8,402 nucleotides of DNA. It comes from Takakia lepidozioides (Eukaryota; Plantae; Bryophyta). The notes below the pieces were generated by a model. That model did not search any database, was not told the origin of the DNA, and was given only the letters and a program-made list of their open reading frames with translations. The stretch covers positions 1-8,402 of the forward strand of contig JAKLZA010000150.1 of NCBI GenBank assembly GCA_030704615.1. The letters are read 5' to 3'. Below are positions 1-8,348 of the stretch, one piece after another; position 1 is the first letter of the stretch, and the number at the start of each line of letters is the position of its first letter. Position numbers and translations under genes: made by a program.

Positions 1-406
1 GTCCGAGTCGCACTTTCCGACATTCCAGAACGGAAATGCGGCACCGCATTTCCGCCCGGGTGAGACCTTCATACTCTCCAGAACGGAAATGCGGTAACGC
101 ATTTCCATCCAGCAAGCACGGTATGTGAAGGTGGAACGGAAATGCGGTACCGCATTTCCGTTCCGATTGAGAATCATGAACAAAGGGAACAGAAATGTGG
201 CACCGCATTTCCGTCCGAGTCGCACTTTCCGACATTCCAGAACGGAAATGCGGCACCGCATTTCCGCCCGGGTGAGACCTTCATACTCTCCAGAACGGAA
301 ATGCAGTAACACATTTCCATCCAGCAAGCACGGTATGTGAAGGTGGAACGGAAATGCGGTACCGCATTTCCGTTCCGATTGAGAATCATGAACAAAGGGA
401 ACAGAA
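1..406. repeat. Tandem array of 53-bp palindrome+spacer monomers forming a 212-bp (4-mer) higher-order repeat; runs off the left edge
   Basis: Core GAACGGAAATGCGGYACCGCATTTCC (with variants) starts at 28, 81, 134, 187, 240, 293, 346 and 399 (last truncated), an exact 53-bp period. 1-194 matches 213-406 except G93>A305 and G99>A311. Perfect 32-bp palindrome GGAACGGAAATGCGGTACCGCATTTCCGTTCC at 133-164 and 345-376. Confidence 0.97.
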
Positions 407-436
407 TAGGCATGTACTCACCATGCAACGACGCAA

Positions 437-627
437 TGGCGTGAGCGTTGCACGTGAGCGCGCGAGCGTACGCTCACGCAGGAGTGACGTGGCGTGAGCG
501 TACGCTCACGCCAGCTGACGTGGCGTGAGCCTGCACACATGCTGACGTGGCGTGAGCGTCATGTCAGCATGCTGATGTGGCGGTAAATGATGACGTGGCA
601 CTGTCCGTCAACTGCCACGTCAGCATT
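437..627. repeat. Cluster of TGACGTGGC (G-box/ABRE-like) and GCGTGAGCG motifs with palindromes; probable transposon subterminal region
   Basis: TGACGTGGC at 485, 516, 543, 591, variant TGATGTGGC at 573, inverted copy GCCACGTCA at 614-622. Perfect 24-bp palindrome TGGCGTGAGCGTACGCTCACGCCA at 490-513. 14/15-bp inverted repeat 586-600 / 613-627. The subterminal role is inferred. Confidence 0.8.
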
Positions 628-638
628 AACATGCGCCG

Positions 639-670
639 CCTATAACCGTGGATGGTCCTATGACCGTGGA
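639..670 (+). repeat. 14-bp direct repeat CCTATRACCGTGGA x2
   Basis: cctataaccgtgga at 639-652 and cctatgaccgtgga at 657-670, one mismatch. Confidence 0.8.
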
Positions 671-1196
671 ATTAATGCAGGGAATCTTGCCTAAATAGAA
701 TCAAGACGAGCGTTGAGGCCTACAATTGCAGCATCCAACATTGTGCAATTACAAATGTTTGTTTCACTTTTACAATTACGAAGACGACAAATATCCTCAC
801 AAAGTGTGCGCCATAAAGGCTGCCACGAGAAGACTTCTTCCCTCCTCAAATAACAATGAGAGTTATGATCATCTTCAAAAGATGATTGTAGTGCATAGCG
901 ACAGCAAGACATGTAGACTTCGAAAGGTGCAATGACAAATGTGCACTACCTAAAAGTTGTCACTCAGACCTCACTCCGTATAGTTGGAGGCCATATCATT
1001 GCACAGCCGACGAATTGATGTGAATTACACATTTCAAATCATGGTCATCCACATACCACATTACATAGTTCATGCTACCCATGTGTTGTATCCCGCTGCA
1101 AAGAGTATCGACCTCGTTGAAACTCATAGTGGCCTGGTGAATGAAGTTGTCACGTTTGGGATCGCAAACCATCCTCCTCAAAAATATGAAATACAA

Positions 1197-1301
1197 ATGT
1201 TTGCAGGGTATGAATTTACCTCTCTTGCCCAAACTGGTTGATAGCATATTCACAAAATCAGGACATGTGCAATTGGGGAAATTGGAAACCGTGATGTCGT
1301 A
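1197..1301 (-). other. SWIM zinc-finger domain of the transposase
   Basis: YDITVSNFPNCTCPDFVNMLSTSLGKRGKFIPCKH fits the CxC-x(n)-CxH SWIM consensus. Confidence 0.93.
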
Positions 1302-2407
1302 GGTCCTGTCATGAACAGCAGATGTGGAAGTGATGATTGTGAATACCCGACCATATCCTGGATCGGGTACTTCCGTGGTGCTTCCGACACGAGCTTGGAG
1401 CATTCTTGCGGACTCCACTTTGCCAAAGTGTTCAGCGGTTGGAGGGAAACGCCGAACGAGCTTTCCATCTCGTTTGGTTGGCCACAAGTCAGGATTTGCC
1501 GGGGGGACCCGGGAGGACGCAGGAGTAGTAGCACATGCATAGAGTTGGGTTGTCTCGCAAGGGAAAAACCTGCCTCCTCCAGCATTTAAATCTCCTGAAA
1601 GCTGAGATGTGTTCCCACCTTCACGGGCCAAACGGTTGGAGGAGATGGCTTCATCACTACGGAAGGACGCACAGTTCCATGCACACATCTGGCACAATCA
1701 TCTGCGCAGAACCAGAACTTGTGGTTCTTGGCTTCTGGTTGACCGTATGGACGCATCAAGCCCGTGAAAGTCGGAGCAGGAGTTCGGGCACCACCTCTGG
1801 ATATAGATGAAGTGCACTTCTCGAAATTAGTTGCCCTGATCGCTGTACATTTCACACGAGACCCGACACTTGTGCGTTCTATGTGCCAAACGTGGTCGGG
1901 CATGCGGACTCAAGCACATCAAGGGGGTTGTTTCTCTCCTGCACCATTTCAGTGGCACGGTTTGATGCTGGAGCTTGCCGTCGTGTTGGAGGTTCCTCCA
2001 CAATGGAGGTACCGGACACGGAGCTGTCATGCAGGGGAACACGAGGCTTCGAGAAGTTATCACGGTCTGCCCTGTGGGAATCTGAATCCGAACCAGGTGG
2101 AGTGTTCAATTTCCTCTTACAGGAGCCGAATCTCTCCTCCCCTTCAAGATGTGGAACTCTAGAAACAAGTGGCGTTCCCTGGGCATACATGCTCACCGCC
2201 CGTGCTATCTTGATTGGATCCCCAGATCTGTTTGCAGCACGCAACATCAACTCTGATTTGTCCGGACCCTTGCCACCAACCCCACCTCGTAAGAAATCAC
2301 GGTATCGGGTTTGTTGTTGCAAGGCACGTATCAATCATCTGTTGTTGCCACATACAAATCCCGACCTCTTTTCCCCCAGACTGCTGCAACCATGCATTGT
2401 GCACAGT

Positions 2408-3151
2408 TTCTGCCAAATTGCAAGATGGCATGTCTGCCATTTCCTCAATGGACATGTTCTGCAAAGAGGATAACCACACTTCAGAATAGTGCACAGGAAA
2501 CAACATAAAGAAAGCAATGAGTCAAAAATATGGAAAGCAAATGTATGAATAAAGCATGAAATAGAAGCCTCGTACCATTGTCATGGCTGCTCCCCCACTG
2601 TCTATACCGGAAGTGCCAAAACGCAGCCAATCTTCCCATCTTCCAATGCTCTCATACTCTCAAGTGATGCAGCTCCAGAAGAGAACCACCAGGCACGAAT
2701 TGTCTGGAACAAAGTGTCCGCCTCCTTCATTGTTCTAGCATCTTTGTACTCTTTGCACAATTTACGGTGCTGAGTCTGCATCTCTGGTTTGATGTCCGAC
2801 TTTGTATGTTTTTCCAGAGATTGTGTCCAATGGAATAGACATGTACGCTCTCTTCCTGGCATAGGCACTTTTTGGGTCGCCCGATCCGAAGACAATACGA
2901 ATAGCATTGAAATTTGCTTGAGCACTATCCGCCATGAAACCTGCGAAATTTGGAGATGGCAGCCCATGGCAGCCCATGACACGTATCAGGGAATTCCACA
3001 TGAGCTTCTGGGATTCCGTATCCTCGGATTGCATGTCACAAACTGCAATTGTCATAACTCGTTGGTACACTGGATCGTAGACATGACAAGCCATTGTCGT
3101 CCAATCCTTCACTCGTTTCACATGATCAAACATAAGAAAACAGTTCTGCAA
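2408..3151 (-). other. RNase H-like DDE catalytic core (MULE type)
   Basis: Candidate D1 in FLMFD (3125-3127), D2 in FMADS (2927-2929) 66 codons later, CxxH motif CLFH (2830-2841), and E in NLAETVH (2408-2410). Order and spacing match the Mutator/hAT/P-type D..D..CxxH..E signature. Confidence 0.8.
2459..2575 (-). other. 117-bp GT-AG intron in the transposase gene
   Basis: Minus strand reads ..ACAATG|GTACGAGG ... T-rich ... CCTCTTTGCAG|AACATGTCC.., joining FWHFRYRQWG(AAMTM) to NMSIEEMADMPSCNLAE. Confidence 0.85.
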
Positions 3152-3590
3152 GTCCCCAGTCCTTCTGCATCCGCTTCACGAGGCTAACCCCACTGCCCTC
3201 CCCAACAGTCGACATTTTGAAAAGAAAAACTTTGATGGCACCTTGACCTGGGAATACATTGTCCTGGATGTATCGTACTTGCTCAGTCGTTTCAATTCCA
3301 AAATATTGTCTATGTAGCCTCTGATCCCAGAGCCCATTCTCAATGCATTGATCTGATGCCGAATGTTAGGTGAACTTAAAGTGGAGAAATGATCCATGAC
3401 CAGGTCCAATGCTGCACCGTCAAGTTTAGTCCCCACAGAATCTCCTTCACTCAAAATATGGCTTTCCAAAGAAGGACTTGCTTGCGCCAAGAGCAATTGC
3501 AGATGTTGTTGCGGATGGGTTTCTCTCCCGAACTCCTGTTTGATCAACCTCGATACTGTCTCAACACTCTCCCTGTAATCCCCCTTCGAG

Positions 3591-3935
3591 ACAGGATGGT
3601 TATGGAATCCAAAATGCACACAAGCTCTCGTCATTGTATTCAAACGGTGGACAACATAGTACATTCTTGCTCCGCAGAGCGCCACGCAGATGGCACAAGT
3701 TTGCAGAATTTGCAGACGAAAGTGTTTGCCGGTGGAGGTGCAGTCCCAGGCTGAAATGGATTCTCCGCCAGACCCTCCCATTCGCTTTGATTATGAACTC
3801 CAGACTGAAGAAAGTGTCTGCAATTCAAATTATCACACCTAAGGTGTTCCATTGCAAACTGTCCTCCTGAAAACAGCTTGTCATCATTCTGAATATTGGA
3901 TGTTTTTGTTCTGCACCACGGGTGCCCGTCGTGTT
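3591..3935 (-). other. GCM/WRKY-like Zn-binding DNA-binding domain (frameshifted)
   Basis: HDGHPWCRTKTSNI..RRTVCNG.HLRCDNLNC..CKFCKLVP.CVALCGARMYYV..RACVHFGFHNHPV. The Cys pattern and terminal HxHP resemble the WRKY-GCM1 fold found N-terminal in MULE transposases. Judged by eye. Confidence 0.6.
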
Positions 3936-4602
3936 TCTTGTCCATTCCATGCATCATGATTGTTACACCTCCAACTCGCGGAGGAGGAGGCAGCTCGAAT
4001 AGGATATCGCCATCAAAAGTCTCCGGCAAGAACTTCACAGGCACCTGCTTCAAAGATTCCCAATCAATTCCCCGCAACTCGCTTTTGAATCCAGCCATTC
4101 CTCCCATCGCCCGCAATTTTGGAATGACACTACAAATCTCTTCTTCATCAGCTCAGCTTCTGCAACCACAGTAGAAGGACTGGATTTGGAATTTCACTTA
4201 TGTCATCATCGGAAGAATCCGAAAGCTCAACGATTGGAGTGGAGGAAGTCTGTTCTTTTTTCACACCACCACCTCCCTCTTGTCTTCAACGACCGAAGCA
4301 GCAGTCCCGGGCGTCACATATGACCCAAGGGACTTTCTACGAGGCTCTCCAAGTACTCTGTATCGACAGGACGCACTCTCCACTGGCTGATATGAGCCGT
4401 CTCATCACGGTTTTGGAAAGAATTTTTCACCAACTTCCTTTCAATCGTAAACCTCTTCTCTCCAAAAAGATGGAGCCATTCTGCAGCTGAAAACGGGTAG
4501 CCAAGACATGTTCCAGAACAATTGCAAATCCATTGTCAAGGACTTCCTGGAGAACGGCACTGGTTTGTCGTCTGAGAAGAACTCCGCTTCAGAGGAAGCC
4601 AT

Positions 4603-5449
4603 CTTCCTTCCTCGAGTATGTTTGTACCTTGCTATCGCAGATCTAGTGTAAATCGATTTACTGCTGTCTCCAGAACACAGTTAAGAATGAGCAGAGCATA
4701 TGGCGAGGAAGCGAAGATAACGACTGTGCATATTCTGTTTATTCATTCCAGATATGCAGCCGTCCATTTTAATTACTTTTCTTGTGGCCCAGTGGTCAGA
4801 GAATCCATAGGGCAGTGTCGGAACTGTTAAACCGTTAATCAGAACCTCATCAATAACCCAATAACAAAGCCGCCGACTTCCTGGAAGCATGCCACAGGAT
4901 CCGAGAATGGATTGCAGATTAAGTAAATGTATCTATATACTACTACCAATGATCATGCGCACCTGGAAAGTTCCAAATGTGCAACGAATGTGGATGACCG
5001 GATAACAAGGATGACCTTGTATGATATTCCAAATTTGTCATCAAACTCTCGTTCATTATATTTTTTTTGTTTAAGAATGCGCCCAATTTCTGGGATTCGC
5101 TGTTCTTTTTAATATTGAACCAGTTATAATTTAGAACACGCCGTTTTGTTTTGGGCGGCACACGTCAGACATCCTAACTGAATACGAACAGCTGTACACC
5201 CATTGGTTGGCATGTGCATTAATATCGAAACGACTATGTGTAACGGTCACGGCGGAGGAATCCGATGCTTCTAGAGACAAGCAAGAACACAGGCAATCCC
5301 GCAAGAAATCGGGAGTCACTACGTTTTTCTAGTTTTCGCGCTTAGAGGGAGTGGTAGTCAAGCTGGAGAGGGTTCCTTCTAGAATACGAAAGAGAAGAAA
5401 GTCTCTTTATTTTACTTCCCTTAGAGAGAGACTTAGAGCAAGAGAGAAA
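4603..5449. promoter_or_regulatory. Intergenic region between divergent genes; putative bidirectional promoter and 5' UTRs
   Basis: Lies between inferred starts at 4602 (-) and 5450 (+). AT-rich core near 5020-5135 and GA-rich leader before 5450. No specific element assigned. Confidence 0.4.
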
Positions 5450-5743
5450 ATGACGAGGCGTCGTTTGTTGGAGAACACAGGGCCAAGGCAGCAGGTGAAC
5501 GCGGAGACTGATTCACAAGAGCAGACGAAAATGAAGCAGCGGCTACGACACAGCCGGCGATAAGAGTGCGCCAGCCTGTGGAGGCAGAGATGAATCGCAG
5601 GGACACTGAAGAAGGTGGAAGCACGCGGAACGCCGAACCTGAAGAAGGTCAAGAAACTTGCGCAGACAGAAACTCCAGCAGATGTGAGAGGGAAGAGGAA
5701 AGCTGCAGAAGGGGATCAAAGTTCAAAACCTAAGAAGGTGCCA

Positions 5744-6189
5744 GTAAGTTTTATCATATGTCTATGTGATTGCCTTTCAAGGAGTCCTTCCTCTTCCATT
5801 CTTTAGCAGGAACTACTGAATCGCGAGCGTCGTTAACGCCATTTCGATTCTGCTTATGACATTTATACATATGTGTTTGAAGAGAGAGTCTGCACTTACT
5901 ATCCGCCCTAAACTACACTGAATGTCGTTGCCGCCAATCAGTGCACATGTATGTCATTACACAACACCGATCCGGCAGGTCGTTATCTTTTGTGATGTCG
6001 TTAGCGGTTAACGCCGTTCGCTACTGCGCCTCGCTTCTGTTTTGAATACGACAGTCTCGGCTTTTCTTGTGTGGATTGTGCTGAATCTTTCCACACCATT
6101 CATGGTGAGTTTCCTTGATACAGAGTGATGTCGTTACCGCCATTCACTATTTGCAAAGACTTACTTCAGAACTGAATGGCATCGTGCAG
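5744..6189 (+). other. Intron 1 of accessory gene (446 bp)
   Basis: CCA|GTAAGT donor at 5744 and GTGCAG| acceptor at 6189, between purine-rich coding-like flanks. An alternative acceptor exists near 5806-5809. Confidence 0.65.
5824..6147. repeat. Degenerate copies of the 22-bp palindromic motif in intron 1
   Basis: tgaatgtcgttgccgccaatca 5919-5940; gtgatgtcgttaccgccattcac 6125-6147; weaker copies at 5824-5846 and 5993-6020. Confidence 0.65.
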
Positions 6190-6810
6190 AAAACTGTGAG
6201 GTCAAGCCTACAGGATCAAGGGGAAAGGATCTGGAGATGGGGACGAGTCCGCAAAAAGCTCAGAGAATACAGATGAAGCAGATGAATCCGAAGTGCACTA
6301 CCTTGACAAGGTGAAAAAGAACTAATGTCATTCCAGAAGGTAAACTCTCAGGAGGTTATAAAGGACATGCTCGTATCTGAGGGCGTCTGGACATACCTCT
6401 GTGCCGGATGATATCAATGCCTGTTGTGCGTCCACCTCTTTTCCCACGACATAACAATTGGAGATGATTTTTTGGCATGGATATAGACTTGGTGCACAAG
6501 TTTTTTAGTGTCACTGACGGATATAAATGGGAAAAGCACATTAGTTTCTCCAGAGATCAGTGACAATGGGATGAGTGCTGGAAAGATGCCAATGAGGAGT
6601 TCGAGCTGGGCCTCATGATGGGAAAGAACACCCAGCAATTTTGCAACCACATGTTCTACGTCTGGTCCGGCAACCCGATTGCTTGCCTGGATGGGAATAC
6701 CTTCAGAAACACCATCGAAAGACAAAGACAAGCATTGCTGTGGAGGCAATGGTTTTGAATCCAGGAAACGACAATCGCTAGGCTCTTACAGCTATGCACG
6801 ACGTGAACAA

Positions 6811-6906
6811 GTAAGTCATCCAGGAGATTTGATTCCCTCTGTAGTGTCTTGTTGATCCTCAAAAAACAGTGTTAAGGAATGCAATGTTTTTCACATGTTT
6901 TTGCAG
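6811..6906 (+). other. Intron 2 of accessory gene (96 bp)
   Basis: AA|GTAAGT ... TGTTTTTGCAG|A; phase 2 join keeps the frame. Confidence 0.85.
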
Positions 6907-7092
6907 ATCGACAGAGAAATCGCATGTGACAACAAGCTTGGTTCACACACTATTCCGATTCAGAGGATTGGTCTGATGAAGCTGGATGATTTTCGGACAG
7001 TACTACCACCCAATATCATCGAAGTGCGAAACAGGAAGAGCTGCAGGCATTGGTTTCTTTGACACGAGGCGTTTCTGGATTACATGTATGCG

Positions 7093-7175
7093 GTAAGCCC
7101 GAGTCTGTACTCTGTTTACTTTTCGAATACATGTTTAGAGTCCTTCGGAGCTAATCACTACTTGAATGAATGCAG
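7093..7175 (+). other. Intron 3 of accessory gene (83 bp)
   Basis: GCG|GTAAGC ... GCTAAT branch-like site ... ATGCAG|CAA; phase 0. Confidence 0.75.
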
Positions 7176-7610
7176 CAAGAACTGGCAGAGGCAGCTGAGA
7201 AGGGAAAATCCGAATATTACCGCACTACACCAGAGGAACTAAGGACATCAAAGGGTGTGGAAGCGGCAATAAGAAGGAGTTTGAGATGCGAAGAACCAAA
7301 TTGATGTCAGCCTTCGGAAAGCAGCTTAGGAATAGTAGATCCTGGACTTGGTCCTGAGTTCCTTCAGCAGATCAAAACACACTATGACAAGCATGTGCAT
7401 CCGGAGATGCAGCAGAGAAAATTGCACCGGCTGGCCATATCGATGGTCGACCCACAAACAAAATAAGGTGGCTGGAGATATGAACTCAGATCAAACAGTA
7501 AAGGACTTGAATCAGTTCCCAAGAGCACCATACAGCCTGGCACAAAGGTGGAAGGAATCAGTGATTTGGTGTTTGATAACTGGCTCCACAAGGCTACATT
7601 TTGGAGTCAG

Positions 7611-7695
7611 GTGTGTATTCGAACATGCTGTTTCTTATCTTCAAGTATGTGATGTGTTTCTTTTTGTGCAATTCTGACAAATATTCTATTTGCAG
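7611..7695 (+). other. Intron 4 of accessory gene (85 bp)
   Basis: CAG|GTGTGT ... CTGAC branch-like site ... TTTGCAG|CTG. An alternative donor GTATGT at 7645 would give only 51 bp. Confidence 0.65.
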
Positions 7696-8002
7696 CTGGA
7701 AAAGCGCGCCGTCATTGTGCTGGATCAGACTTTGAAGGACCTGAACATTGCGATTGTTTCCCCCTCCCCAATGTCATTGGAGGCATACATAAGGAAGTGG
7801 AGAGGTCTCACGTGGAGATACTGTTTTTTTCCGGGAGTTCTCCAACGATGGGTAACATTTTACGGTCCAACGACTTGACAGTCAGGTTGGAGAGAGTGGG
7901 CCATGATGCGAGTTGTGTACAGGTGAAATGTCATACTTGAACTCTACTGTTTTTTTGGGAAAAATTGTGGCTTCATATGGATTGCAATCTTAGATTCCAG
8001 AT

Positions 8003-8348
8003 TGAATGTCGTTGACGACATTCACTTCTTTGTCTGAGTCATTCTTAAGCGAGTATATGAATTCACCTGGTTAGGATCTAAGGGTGCAATATATTGTCCC
8101 TGAGTAGAATTGATAATGTCCTTGAATGGCGTTGACGACATTCACATACGGAGATGTTGTGTGGTCCTCAAGGTTATTTAAATTTTTGTAATGTCCATAG
8201 AGGATACAATGAGGGTTGATCACTTCATTTTGCTGAATGTCAATGCAGACATTCAGTTGTTCTGCATTGTTTTTTCCTCTTGCGATGAATATGGAGCTTC
8301 ATAAGCTCTGTTTTAAGAATCCAAAGTGACTGTCGTTGACGACATTCA
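8003..8348. repeat. Four spaced copies of the 22-bp palindrome TGAATGTCGT-TG-ACGACATTCA, in probable intron 5 (donor CAG|GTGAAA at 7923)
   Basis: 8003-8024 (perfect 10-bp arms), 8123-8144 (1 mismatch), 8234-8255 (8-bp arms, different centre), 8327-8348 (1 mismatch). The intervening sequences are not obviously alike. Confidence 0.9.

Larger units (their letters stand above)
996..4602 (-). pseudogene. MULE/Mutator-like DDE transposase with SWIM zinc finger; frameshifted, one intron
   Basis: Minus-strand ORF pieces (3640-4116, 3176-3781, 2762-3151, 2602-2982, 2297-2506, 1879-2334, 1586-1903, 1250-1585, 996-1697) join by small frameshifts into one protein: HDGHPWCRTKTSNI..HLRC..C..CKFC..C..HFGFHNHP; FLMFDHVKRV..GFMADSAQAN..CLFHW; NLAETVHNAW; CTCPDF..CKHLYF. 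The start ATG at 4602 and the true stop (996, or 1070 after a further shift) are uncertain. Confidence 0.85.
5450..7922 (+). pseudogene. Multi-exon accessory gene, frameshifted; charged low-complexity N-terminus then a ParB/Srx-like domain; probably continues beyond the window
   Basis: Inferred exons 5450-5743, 6190-6810, 6907-7092, 7176-7610, 7696-7922. Exon 2 reconstructs across frameshifts to RLDIPLCRMISMPVVRPPL..HGYRLGAQVF(Y)VSLTDINGKSTLVSPEISD(K)WDECWKDANEEFELGLMMGKNTQQFCNHMFYVWSGN(H)RLLAWM..LTAMHDVN. Spliced junctions read through (HDVN-K-STEKSHV; FLDYMYA-QELAEA; ATFWSQ-LEKRAV). Confidence 0.7.

Noticed and set aside
1-406. Bona fide CRISPR array
   Set aside because: Spacers recur every four units, two are related to each other, no cas genes are visible, and the context is eukaryotic with spliceosomal introns.
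125-428. ORFs 125-340 (+) and 174-428 (-)
   Set aside because: They are translations of the tandem palindromic repeat with no sign of a real protein.
691-935. ORFs 691-912 (-) and 726-935 (+)
   Set aside because: Short, start at non-ATG codons, no recognisable motif; probably the 3' region of the transposase gene.
984-4490. Plus-strand ORFs such as 1883-2473, 1764-2162, 2789-3187 and 4200-4490
   Set aside because: Antisense shadows of the minus-strand transposase, with no motifs of their own.
996-4602. Several separate genes, a host FAR1/FHY3/MUSTANG gene, or programmed frameshifting
   Set aside because: The fragments are collinear parts of one protein, the architecture differs from FAR1/MUSTANG, and the shifts are too many and irregular to be programmed.
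4618-5319. Short ORFs in the intergenic region
   Set aside because: 60-72 aa, overlapping on both strands, no recognisable features.
6356-6862. Minus-strand ORFs 6356-6541, 6414-6749 and 6656-6862
   Set aside because: Antisense to exon 2 of the plus-strand gene, which has the splice signals and the motif.
133-8024. Left-array palindrome and intronic palindrome as one motif or as a TIR pair
   Set aside because: They share only AATG..CATT arms, with different spacing (8 versus 10 nt) and different cores. That is too weak to call homology or TIRs.
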